Of a DNA stretch of 52,792 nucleotides, positions 36,196 through 44,806 are shown in pieces. The notes below the pieces were generated by a model. It was not told the DNA's origin and made no database searches. It worked only from the letters and a program-made list of their open reading frames with translations. The DNA lies in the NCBI GenBank assembly GCA_046047315.1, contig JBJOID010000178.1, positions 1-52,792 on the forward strand, given 5' to 3'. Within the stretch, counting starts at the first letter, position 1. Each line of letters begins with the position of its first letter. This stretch comes from Candidatus Hydrogenedentota bacterium. Lineage in GTDB: Bacteria; Hydrogenedentota; Hydrogenedentia; Hydrogenedentales; JAEUWI01. The position numbers and the translations under genes were made by a program.

Positions 36196-38925
36196 ATGCG
36201 CTCGAAGATTGCGGCCTTTTCGGCCGCTTCCCTGCTGGCTGGCTTTGGCGCCGGGGCAGCGCCCGTGCAAACTATGGATACGCCTTCCCTGCGCCCCGGC
36301 GCAGGGTTCGCGAATTCCGAAATCATGCTGGTGCCCCCTGCCGCGCGCGAGCCAATCCTTCTGGCTGCGCACCATGCCTACACGGTCTGGTCGCAGCAAT
36401 TCATGGGCGCGCTGCTGGAACCCTCGCAAACGGAAGCCTGGCGCGAGTTTCAAGGCATGGACATTCGCATCGGGGACGCCTACCGGCAGATGGGCCAATC
36501 GGCCTATCAGGAAGGACGCCTTGAAGACGCCATCAAGATGCTCACGGTGGCGGCCGATTATTTGCCCGAGGACACAGAGCTGCTCGCCTCGCTCGGCTAT
36601 GCGCTCAAGGAGACGGGAAAATATGAGCGCGCGGTGGAAAAGCTCAAACGGGCTTCAGAACTGAGCGGCGCCGACGCGGGCATCTGGCTCTGGCTGGGCG
36701 ACGCCTATCGCCTGATGGGCAATTACGAGGAAGCCTATCGGGCGCTGATGACCGCGCGCGATGTGGCTTCGCCGGAACAGGCTGAGGAGTTCAACAACTA
36801 CGTCACCTACACCCAGGCGCTCATGGACCTGACGCCGAGCTGGGATAATTTCGAGACGCATCGCGACTTCGTGGGGCGGCATCAGCAGACGGGCCGGGTG
36901 CTGCGTCAGATCGACGAGTACCGCGCGGCCCTTCGCGTGGCCCCAACCCCCGAGGCCGGCAACAAGGACGACCTCTACCGGATTGGCTGGGTCAACCTGC
37001 AAATTGGCACACAGTACGCTTACCTCAAGTTTCCCACGCTCGCCGTGGATTACTACCTTGAGGCCATGGACTACTACACCCAGGCCGAGAGCAGCGGCGA
37101 CCTGATGCGCGTGCATCAAAATCTGGCGCTGGCTTACGAGGAGCTTGCCGCGCGCTATCCCTTGAAGCGCAAGGACTACCTTGAAAGCGCCGCCAACCAG
37201 TGGCGCATCTCGATGGAATCCGCGAAGAAGGCCGGCGAGGCCGAGTTCACGCGTCATACGCAGGGCGGACTTTTGGCCGCGCTGGCGGTGATTCGCCCCA
37301 TGGATGACGCCGAACTAAGCGGGCTGCGCGAAGCCTTGAGCAAAGAGATACCCCGGCGCGGCCCCATCAATGACTACTCGATCGCCTCGGCCACGCGCGG
37401 CGAGGTGGCGTGCCGCCTGGCGGAGGGAGACCTGGGCGGAGCCCGCATCCTGATCGAGATGGCCGACGAGTATTACAAGGAAACGGGTTTCCTCGTGGAC
37501 CTCGAGTACCGCGCCTCGGCCCTGACGCAGTTGGCCGAGATCTACCTTGAGCAAGGTCATTCGAAGCGCGCGGGAGAAATCGCCGGGCAGGCCATCGAGC
37601 AGGTGAACGGGCTTCGCCAGTATCTCGACACCGACGGCTTCCTGCGCAGCGCCAACCCGCAAACCCTGCGGGAAGCGGCCTCGGTGCTGGCGCGCGCGGC
37701 CCTTCGCGACGGCTCGCCGGAGCAGGCCTTCGAGGCTTTGGAACAGTACCAGGCCAAGCTGGGCAACGACCTTCTGGGCGCCCGCGTGAACGATGAAGCG
37801 TGGCGCACGGATTTTGCCACCGAGGAAAAGCTGCTGCTTGAGCGGGAAGGCTGGCTGCGCACGGAGCTGGATACCGCCACGGCGGCGCGAGACACGGAGC
37901 GCATCGACTGGCTGACGGAGCGCCTGGCCGACAACAGTTCGCGCGTTCGACGCCTTGGTCTCGCGGTGGGGCTTCCCCCGGAATCACGGATAAGCTATCG
38001 ACCCATTGTCCCGCTGACCGCGCTCGAGGCACAAGCTGCGCTTCCGGCCAACCTGTCCGTGTTGCATCTGGTCACCGGCAAACGTGGCGGCGCCGCAGTG
38101 CTGATGACCGGCTCGGAAGTGAAAGGCGTCGAGCTTCCAGAAGCTTCCGCCGCCAAGATCGAAGAAATGGTTTATACCCTGCGCCTCGCCTGTGATGCCG
38201 GCAATGAAGCCGAGGCGAACGCGCAGGCCTCGGCCTTGCGCACCGCCCTGCTTGAACCGCTGGCAGGCATGCTCCCCGCAACAGGCGGGCTGGCTTTTGC
38301 GGGTGACCAGATTACCCTATTGCTTCCCTTGCGCCTGCTTGATCCGGAAGGCGAAATCGTCCCGGTATCGCTGGGGCTCTTCAACGCGGCTGGCGTGTCC
38401 TTCCTGGACCGAATTGCCGGAGTGCGGCGCGGCAGTGTGGCAACGGGAGTGGAGCAGGTTGCGGGCGCAACACCGCTGGAAATGCTGGCGGCCGCGCCAG
38501 CATCCGGCGGCGCACGACTCGCGGTCTCCCTCGACGTGGATGCCGAAGACCCCACCTTCGCGCTCTGGTCGCCCCAGGGTAGCAGCGACATCACGCAGAG
38601 CATGTTGACCGCGTCGTTGTTGAAGCTCGACCTGCAACAGGCCGTCATCGCACTGGACCTGGAACTGAGCGGCGGGCGCAGCCATGCGGCACAACAGCAC
38701 TTCGCCGCCATCGGTGAATTGGCGTGGCGCTCGGGTTGTGGCGCGGTCATCCTGAACCAATGGCTGGTCGCGCCGGAGGTTCGTGAGACCTTCCTCTCCA
38801 CACTGAATGACGCCTTGCTGTCCAGCAGCCCCCTCGACGCGTTCCAGTTGGCCAAGGACGCCGTGCGGATCGCGCATCCGAAGTCCACCGATTGGGCCGC
38901 GTTCGTTTATCTCGGCGCTCCCTGA
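36196..38925 (+). CDS. Exported TPR-repeat protein with C-terminal CHAT-like domain (catalytic dyad apparently absent)
   Basis: Signal-like MRSKIAAFSAASLLAGFGAGAA. Multiple TPR-like units (AYRQMGQSAYQEGRLEDAI, LGDAYRLMGNYEEAYRAL). The C-terminus matches the CHAT pattern (GCGAVILNQWLVAPE ... HPKSTDWAAFVYLGAP). Confidence 0.75.
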   Translation: MRSKIAAFSAASLLAGFGAGAAPVQTMDTPSLRPGAGFANSEIMLVPPAAREPILLAAHHAYTVWSQQFMGALLEPSQTEAWREFQGMDIRIGDAYRQMGQSAYQEGRLEDAIKMLTVAADYLPEDTELLASLGYALKETGKYERAVEKLKRASELSGADAGIWLWLGDAYRLMGNYEEAYRALMTARDVASPEQAEEFNNYVTYTQALMDLTPSWDNFETHRDFVGRHQQTGRVLRQIDEYRAALRVAPTPEAGNKDDLYRIGWVNLQIGTQYAYLKFPTLAVDYYLEAMDYYTQAESSGDLMRVHQNLALAYEELAARYPLKRKDYLESAANQWRISMESAKKAGEAEFTRHTQGGLLAALAVIRPMDDAELSGLREALSKEIPRRGPINDYSIASATRGEVACRLAEGDLGGARILIEMADEYYKETGFLVDLEYRASALTQLAEIYLEQGHSKRAGEIAGQAIEQVNGLRQYLDTDGFLRSANPQTLREAASVLARAALRDGSPEQAFEALEQYQAKLGNDLLGARVNDEAWRTDFATEEKLLLEREGWLRTELDTATAARDTERIDWLTERLADNSSRVRRLGLAVGLPPESRISYRPIVPLTALEAQAALPANLSVLHLVTGKRGGAAVLMTGSEVKGVELPEASAAKIEEMVYTLRLACDAGNEAEANAQASALRTALLEPLAGMLPATGGLAFAGDQITLLLPLRLLDPEGEIVPVSLGLFNAAGVSFLDRIAGVRRGSVATGVEQVAGATPLEMLAAAPASGGARLAVSLDVDAEDPTFALWSPQGSSDITQSMLTASLLKLDLQQAVIALDLELSGGRSHAAQQHFAAIGELAWRSGCGAVILNQWLVAPEVRETFLSTLNDALLSSSPLDAFQLAKDAVRIAHPKSTDWAAFVYLGAP

Positions 38926-38937
38926 CCGCTCAGGGAG
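38918..38937. terminator. Hairpin containing both convergent stop codons
   Basis: CTCCCTGA-CCGC-TCAGGGAG: 8-bp stem and 4-nt loop. The TGA of the plus-strand gene (38923-38925) and the TCA stop complement of the minus-strand gene (38930-38932) lie within the stem arms. Confidence 0.45.
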
Positions 38938-39910
38938 TGGAAAGAGACGCCTTCTGATTCTCGCTGTCTTGTCGGGTTGATTCGTCATCCCACCGGCGCA
39001 GGAATTCCAGCGTGACCTGGCTGACCATCTCCGCGTCGTAGTCCCAGAAATACACATGGTTGGATTTCTCCAGCCAGTGCGCGGTGACATCGTTAGAGGC
39101 GAAGCGTGGAATCATCGCTTCCGTGGCCTTGGGGCTGGTCACCTTGTCATTGCGGGAGTGTACGATCATTACAGGCATGGTGATCTGCTTCCATGCTTCC
39201 TGCTCGTAAACCGCACGACTCGACGCCATGGCAGTGATGGCGGCCCCCAGGGAGACCCAGCCGTAACGCAGAATCTTGTTCTCGTTCTCCAGCAGATTAA
39301 TGCCGCCGCCCTTCTCCGGCACCCACCGCAACACCGGGCTCAGGGTTTGCGTAAGCCGGGCGAGGGCCGCGTCTCCGAAATCGGAACCGGTCAGTCCATA
39401 ATACGGGGCAAACAAGGCCAAGCCGTCGGGCTGATGGCGGGCAGCCACCAAGGTGGCGAGCGCCCCGCCTTGACTGTGCCCCATGAGGACAACCACTTCG
39501 CACTCCTGGCGCAAGGCAAGCAGCCGGGCGGAGACCCCATCGACCAGTTCATCCAACGTGGTGCGTTCGTGCTGCCGGGGCGTGGTGCCGCATCCGGGCA
39601 ACAGCATCGCCTCGACCCGCCAGCCCGCCGCCGCGATGTCGTGAGGCAGCCGGTTGTAATTCTGCGGCGCGCCGATGAACCCGTGCACCATCAACACGGC
39701 GCGGTCGTGGCGCTCGGTATTCAGCAAGATGGGTTCGAAGCCCCGGATGACGCCCGTCTCGGGATCGCGATCCAGCCGGGCCTCATAGCGCGCCTCGAAC
39801 TGATTCACCACGAAGCTGACCAGCGCCAGCAACATCAGCAGCGAAACCACGCCGTAGGCCGCCAAAGGCCTCCAGCGGGAGCGCCTTGCTGTGGGATTGC
39901 CCGAGGGCAC
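38930..39910 (-). CDS. Alpha/beta hydrolase (lysophospholipase / monoacylglycerol-lipase-like) with N-terminal TM anchor
   Basis: Motifs VLMVHGFIGAP and nucleophile elbow GHSQGG. TM segment LAAYGVVSLLMLLALVSFVV. Starts 1 nt after the stop of the upstream Aas fusion gene. Confidence 0.82.
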   Translation of the reverse strand: MPSGNPTARRSRWRPLAAYGVVSLLMLLALVSFVVNQFEARYEARLDRDPETGVIRGFEPILLNTERHDRAVLMVHGFIGAPQNYNRLPHDIAAAGWRVEAMLLPGCGTTPRQHERTTLDELVDGVSARLLALRQECEVVVLMGHSQGGALATLVAARHQPDGLALFAPYYGLTGSDFGDAALARLTQTLSPVLRWVPEKGGGINLLENENKILRYGWVSLGAAITAMASSRAVYEQEAWKQITMPVMIVHSRNDKVTSPKATEAMIPRFASNDVTAHWLEKSNHVYFWDYDAEMVSQVTLEFLRRWDDESTRQDSENQKASLSTP

Positions 39911-39911
39911 G

Positions 39912-42900
39912 CTATTCGCCCACGTCGAGCGAGGAGGCCATGCGCTTCACTTCGCGAATGTCCATCTTGCCCGTGGCCAGCACGGGAATCTGCTCGATGC
40001 GATAGAAGGCCTTGGGTCGAGGAATCCAAAGATTCGGCAGCCCGATCTCGTCCAACCGCGAGGTAAGGTCATCCAACTGCTGATCGCTCAGGGTGTGCAA
40101 CACCACCAGGCGCTCGCCCTTCTGCTCATCGGGCACACTGGCCACCGCCATCATCTGGTCGGTCAACTGCAGCAGGTCATGCAGTTTCTCCTCCACCGTG
40201 GTGTGCGGAACCATTTCTCCACCAATCTTGCTGAAGCGGGCAAGGCGGTCGGTGATGCGAATAAAGCCGTCGTCGTCGATCTGAGCGATGTCGCCCGTGT
40301 CGTACCAGCCATCGTGCAGCACCTTGGCCGTGCGCTCCGGCTGCCCCAGATAGCCCTTCATGATATTCGGCCCCTTCACCTGAAGGAGACCGGACTCCCC
40401 ATGCGCAAGGATCTCGCGGGTTTCGGGATTAATCACCCGCACGCTCTGGCCGGGGAAGGGACGCCCGATGGTGCCGTGCTTGCAGTAGCGGCCGTGGAAC
40501 CCCGGAGATATACAGTCTGGAATGTTCACCGAAACCGCGGGCGCGCACTCGGTAGTGCCATAGCCCTCAAGCGGTTCCACGCCGAACTTGGCGGCAAAGG
40601 CCTCGCGAACGCGCGGCGACAGTTTCTCCGCGCCGGCAACCACGAACCTGAGCGCCGCGAACTGTTCCGTGGTGCAACGGCGAATGAAGTTCTGAAGGAA
40701 CGTGGACGTGCCAATCATCACGGAGCCGTTGTGCTCCTGCGACAGGTTTCCAATGACCTTCGGCTCAAGGGGATTGGGATGGTAGATGCCCTTGATGCCG
40801 TTACACAGCGTAAGCCAGAGGGTGACGGTGAAACCGAAGGAATGGAAGAAGGGCAGGTAGCCGATGATGACGGAATCCTTGTCGTGCGGGAAGACTTCCA
40901 ACACGCACTCGGCGTTGTAGATGATGTTGCGGTGCGTGAGCATCACGCCCTTGGGTTCGCCCTCGCTGCCGGAGGAGAAGATGATGGTCGCTAGATCATC
41001 CTCGGTCTTTCGACGCGTGCCCAGCACATTCTCGATAAGGAATATCGGGGCAAACAATCCAAGCAGCATCGCGACGATGCGGTCCTTGCCGGCGACGGAT
41101 TCCTTGATGTCCTCGAGGAATACCACCTCGCCGGGGGGCTTCATCTGCGTGAGCCGCTCAAGGAACTTCTTCGAGGTGAGCACCTGCTTGATCCCGCATT
41201 GACGCGCGCAGGACTCGAGCGTGTCGTTCGATGCGGTGTAATTCAGGTTGACCGGCACCCGGCCCAGCATTTCGAGCGCGATGTTGGTGAGCGCCCCCCC
41301 CACGCTCGGCGGCACCAGCACGCCCACCATTTCCTCGGGGCCAAGTATCTTCTTCAACTTGCGGGCAAACACAATGCTGCCAACCAAGGCCTTGAAGTAG
41401 GACAATTCCCCGCTGGTGGTGTCGGCGATGGCGCTCTTGCGCAAGTGGGCCCGCGCCGACTTGATGAAGCCGCGGTGCAACAATTGATTGCGCAGAGGAC
41501 GGCAGGAGTAGGCCTCCGTACCCAGAAACATAATTGCTTCGCGAAGCACGTTGCGCGTGGGCTTTACAGCCACCGACGCGCCATAAGCCACCTGAACGAG
41601 GTAGGGAAGCTTGGGCGGGCGAATCCAGGTAAAGTGCTTGTCAGCCACCCGGTACAGCGTGCCCCAGAGGCGGTCGATATGTACGGGTATAACGGCGGCC
41701 CCGGTTCCCTCCACCAGGCTCTCGATATCCTTCATCAGCCGGTTGTCGCAGCCCTCGCGATCATAGGGGCCTTCCAGCGAAAGCAGCACCGCCTGGCCAT
41801 TGCGCAGGGCGCGGCGCGCCTCCTGGTAGGCATCGGTGATATGCTGCTGGCTGCCGTCTGGGTCCAGTAAAATCATGTCCATCGCCTTGGCGATGCGGAG
41901 CATCCACGGCCGTTCTTCGATGTCCTTGCCCACGACACAGCGGATCTCGCGGTCGCTGCTGCTGACGAGGAAGAGCAGGTCGATGAAGGTGAGGTGGTTG
42001 CCAACCAGCACGGCGCCGCCCTCGTCGGGCATGTTCTCACGGCCGAGCACACGGGTACGGTAGAGGGTGTTGTTCGCCAGCCACATGACCGCGCGCACGA
42101 GAAGGTGCGGAATGCGCAGCACGATATAAAACCCGATGCCAAGCGACATCAGCGCGGTGATGGCGAAGACCTCGTGCGAGCGCATACCGAGCGCGCTGAG
42201 CGCAATGAGGAAGACACTGGCCCCCGCGATGCCGAACCAGGTGCACATGTTGGTTGCCGCGATCACCCCGCCCTTCATGCCATGCGGAGCGCGCTGTTGA
42301 ATCGAGGCGGCGAGCGGCACATCGAAGGCCCCCGCCCAGAACCCCATGGATAGCGCCAGGAACATGAGCAGCAGCATATAAGGAGAGAGCACGGGATCCA
42401 CCGGGAAGCCCATGCCGCCCGCGACGCCCGTCACCACCGCCGCGACCGGCGCCTTCAACCCCACCACATCCAGCAACTGCGCCAAGGGCGCAAAGACGAC
42501 CGCCCCATAAACCGACGCGGGTACGGCGACCAGCAGGGTGGCGATGGTGAGACCGATCGTGCTGATGGGGACGAGTCCCAGCTCGATACGGGAACGGGAA
42601 AGGAAGCCCGCCGAGAGCGCACCCACGGCGATGCCGATGGCCGTCATGCCGATGACCAGGGTCGTGGGCGCTTCACTCAAGCCCAGAGTATTGGTGCAGA
42701 ACGCGAACAAAGCGTTGCGCATGAGCGTGCCCGCGAACCAGAAATACATGTAGCCAATGACCACATTGAAGAGGATGCGGTCGTTCCAAATGGCGGAGAA
42801 ATACCCCCCCATCCCTGCCCACGGATTGAAGGCCCAGGGCTTTTCCGGGTTGGCCGCCTCGGGGCGGGTAATGAAGTGCGCGGACAAGATTCCGATGACG

Positions 42901-43517
42901 GAGAAAAAGATCAGCACGTAGGCCGTGTTGTAGATGGGAAGCTCGCTGTCCTTGAAATACTTGAAGACGGGCCCCGCCAGCACGGTGCCCAAGATGATTG
43001 AGATGATGGTGGTCATCTGCATGATGCCGTTGGCCCAGGAGAGGCGCGGCTCGGGGATGATCTCCGGCAAGATGCCGTACTTCGTGGGGCCAAACATGGT
43101 GCTTTGCGCGGCCATGAGGAAAAAGACGAAGAACACGAAGTAGGGATTGCCCACCCAGAATGCGAAGCCTGCAAACATCATCACCGCGACTTCGATGTAC
43201 TTCGTCGCCAGCGCCACGCGCTGCTTGCTGTAGCGATCCGCCAGGCTCCCAAAGAATCCCGGGAACATCAGGAAGGGCAGCGCCAGCACGAGGGTGGCAA
43301 TGTTGGGCACCCAGACGTCGGGCGGAATGACCGTCTCAAGGCCCGGTATGGTCATCGTTCCGCTGCCGGGATTCGCCGCGAAGAGCCCCAGCACGAAGAA
43401 CATGATCAGGTATTGATAGAGATTGTCGTTGAACGCCCCCTGAAACTGCGTCACAACAAGCGCCCAGAATCCCTTTGGACGGAACTCGGCTTCCGAGATG
43501 TAGCGATGTTTACTCAT
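39912..43517 (-). CDS. aas: Triple fusion: MFS lysophospholipid transporter (LplT-like) + PlsC-type acyltransferase + acyl-ACP synthetase (Aas-like AMP-binding domain)
   Basis: About 430 aa of MFS helices at the N-terminus. Acyltransferase NHLTFIDLLF (HX4D-type). AMP-binding motifs IIFSSGSEGEPKGV, GYGTTEC, YDTGD, KIGGE. Confidence 0.88.
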   Translation of the reverse strand: MSKHRYISEAEFRPKGFWALVVTQFQGAFNDNLYQYLIMFFVLGLFAANPGSGTMTIPGLETVIPPDVWVPNIATLVLALPFLMFPGFFGSLADRYSKQRVALATKYIEVAVMMFAGFAFWVGNPYFVFFVFFLMAAQSTMFGPTKYGILPEIIPEPRLSWANGIMQMTTIISIILGTVLAGPVFKYFKDSELPIYNTAYVLIFFSVIGILSAHFITRPEAANPEKPWAFNPWAGMGGYFSAIWNDRILFNVVIGYMYFWFAGTLMRNALFAFCTNTLGLSEAPTTLVIGMTAIGIAVGALSAGFLSRSRIELGLVPISTIGLTIATLLVAVPASVYGAVVFAPLAQLLDVVGLKAPVAAVVTGVAGGMGFPVDPVLSPYMLLLMFLALSMGFWAGAFDVPLAASIQQRAPHGMKGGVIAATNMCTWFGIAGASVFLIALSALGMRSHEVFAITALMSLGIGFYIVLRIPHLLVRAVMWLANNTLYRTRVLGRENMPDEGGAVLVGNHLTFIDLLFLVSSSDREIRCVVGKDIEERPWMLRIAKAMDMILLDPDGSQQHITDAYQEARRALRNGQAVLLSLEGPYDREGCDNRLMKDIESLVEGTGAAVIPVHIDRLWGTLYRVADKHFTWIRPPKLPYLVQVAYGASVAVKPTRNVLREAIMFLGTEAYSCRPLRNQLLHRGFIKSARAHLRKSAIADTTSGELSYFKALVGSIVFARKLKKILGPEEMVGVLVPPSVGGALTNIALEMLGRVPVNLNYTASNDTLESCARQCGIKQVLTSKKFLERLTQMKPPGEVVFLEDIKESVAGKDRIVAMLLGLFAPIFLIENVLGTRRKTEDDLATIIFSSGSEGEPKGVMLTHRNIIYNAECVLEVFPHDKDSVIIGYLPFFHSFGFTVTLWLTLCNGIKGIYHPNPLEPKVIGNLSQEHNGSVMIGTSTFLQNFIRRCTTEQFAALRFVVAGAEKLSPRVREAFAAKFGVEPLEGYGTTECAPAVSVNIPDCISPGFHGRYCKHGTIGRPFPGQSVRVINPETREILAHGESGLLQVKGPNIMKGYLGQPERTAKVLHDGWYDTGDIAQIDDDGFIRITDRLARFSKIGGEMVPHTTVEEKLHDLLQLTDQMMAVASVPDEQKGERLVVLHTLSDQQLDDLTSRLDEIGLPNLWIPRPKAFYRIEQIPVLATGKMDIREVKRMASSLDVGE

Positions 43518-43549
43518 GCCGTCAGGCCTCCGCGCCTTGGTTTCCGTTT

Positions 43550-44032
43550 TCAGGTATGGTCCACTTCAAACACGTGCAGCTTCTCGCGTATTTGTTCCAG
43601 CTGCTTAATCAGCAACCGACAATCTTCGTCGCTGAGCCCAGACATCACCGAATGAACGTCCCTGCGGTACTGAGGCTCGACCTTGTCCACCAGCGCCGCG
43701 CCCTTTCGGGTGAGATCTACATGGTAGATGCGGCGGTTCCCGGGCACTTCCTGCCGCTCCACCAGCCCCTTCTCCTCCAGCTTGTCGAGCACCGAGGTCA
43801 CGCTGGCCCGCGTGACCACCAGCCGCCGCCCCAGATCGCTCTGCGTCCAGGGGCGCTGCTTGTACTTCAGGGCGAACAACACGTTAAACTGCGCCTCGGT
43901 CAGGTCGTGTTCCCGGAAGAGCGCCGCACCACGCAGGGCGAGCACGTTCGCCGTGCGCACCACGTTCAGCACCGCCTCGTGGCGGATGTCGCTCATCGGA
44001 CGATCCAGCGCCAGTTCAGAATTCAGGGTCAT
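43550..44032 (-). CDS. MarR-family transcriptional regulator
   Basis: Motifs LTEAQFNVLFAL, QSDLGRRLVVTRASVTSVLDKLEEKGLVERQ. GGAGG lies 7 nt upstream of the ATG at 44032. The track start is a GTG at 44038. Confidence 0.88.
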   Translation of the reverse strand: MTLNSELALDRPMSDIRHEAVLNVVRTANVLALRGAALFREHDLTEAQFNVLFALKYKQRPWTQSDLGRRLVVTRASVTSVLDKLEEKGLVERQEVPGNRRIYHVDLTRKGAALVDKVEPQYRRDVHSVMSGLSDEDCRLLIKQLEQIREKLHVFEVDHT

Positions 44033-44043
44033 GGCCACGCCTC

Positions 44044-44096
44044 CAATCGATCATTCAGCGATTGTAAATTCCGCTATTGTTAGAAGTCAATCGATT
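44044..44096. promoter_or_regulatory. Candidate MarR operators: repeated CAATCGAT motifs in the divergent promoter region
   Basis: CAATCG-N9-CGATTG inverted repeat (44044-44064). A second palindrome AATCGATT lies at 44089-44096, immediately upstream of the marR start. Confidence 0.35.
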
Positions 44097-44250
44097 TCTT
44101 TCTCGATATTTCGGCTTGCGCAGGCAACGAGGCATCCGTAAACTAACCGCTTCTTGCGGAACACCAGAATTATTCGACTTCTATCTCAGGCAGAGATCGC
44201 TCTATCCTCGGAAGTACTTTGAGGAAAAGGCGTTACGAAAAGGGAATCCC

Positions 44251-44781
44251 ATGGCCATCGCGACCAGGTTATTGATAGCGCTCGCCCTCTTTGGAACGAC
44301 ATCGCTTGCGGCCGCCGAGGAAGTTGTTGCTTCGAGCAGCCCGCTGGCCTTGACGCTGCTCATGCGCTGGACGCATGTGCTCTCCGCTATCGCCATGATG
44401 GGCGGCACGCTGTTTATCTGGATGGTGCTGCGAGGCGCAGTGGCGGAATCGCTGGATGGCGCGGCACGGGAAGCGCTGGTGGCGGCCGTGCGCAAGCGCT
44501 GGAAACGGGCGGTCATGATCTTGACCACCCTCCTGCTCGTGAGCGGTTTCTACAACTACCTGATGGTGACGCGCTTCGAGCACCCGGACGAGCCCCGTTA
44601 TCACATGATGTTCGGAATCAAGTTCCTGCTGTCCATGGCGGTGTTCACTCTGGCCATGTTCATGATTGGCAGCACGGGCCTTGCCAAGCGCCTGCAGAAG
44701 AATGAGTCCGTCTCGTTGGCCATCCTACTCGCCCTTGCCGCTGCGGTGGTGGCGGTGGGTGGCTACATGAAGGTCATGTAG
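44251..44781 (+). CDS. Hypothetical 4-TM membrane protein with signal-like N-terminus
   Basis: Start at MAIATRLLIALALFG (44251). Four hydrophobic segments. Faint CopD-like appearance only. The track ORF starts at 44077. Confidence 0.6.
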   Translation: MAIATRLLIALALFGTTSLAAAEEVVASSSPLALTLLMRWTHVLSAIAMMGGTLFIWMVLRGAVAESLDGAAREALVAAVRKRWKRAVMILTTLLLVSGFYNYLMVTRFEHPDEPRYHMMFGIKFLLSMAVFTLAMFMIGSTGLAKRLQKNESVSLAILLALAAAVVAVGGYMKVM

Positions 44782-44806
44782 TCCAACGTCCGGATTGGAT
44801 TGATTT

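Noticed and set aside
36196-38925. TPR-CHAT architecture as a Csx29/Craspase-like CRISPR type III-E component.
   Set aside because: There is no Cas7-11/gRAMP gene, no other cas genes and no CRISPR repeats anywhere in the window. The protein has a signal-like N-terminus and appears to lack the catalytic dyad.
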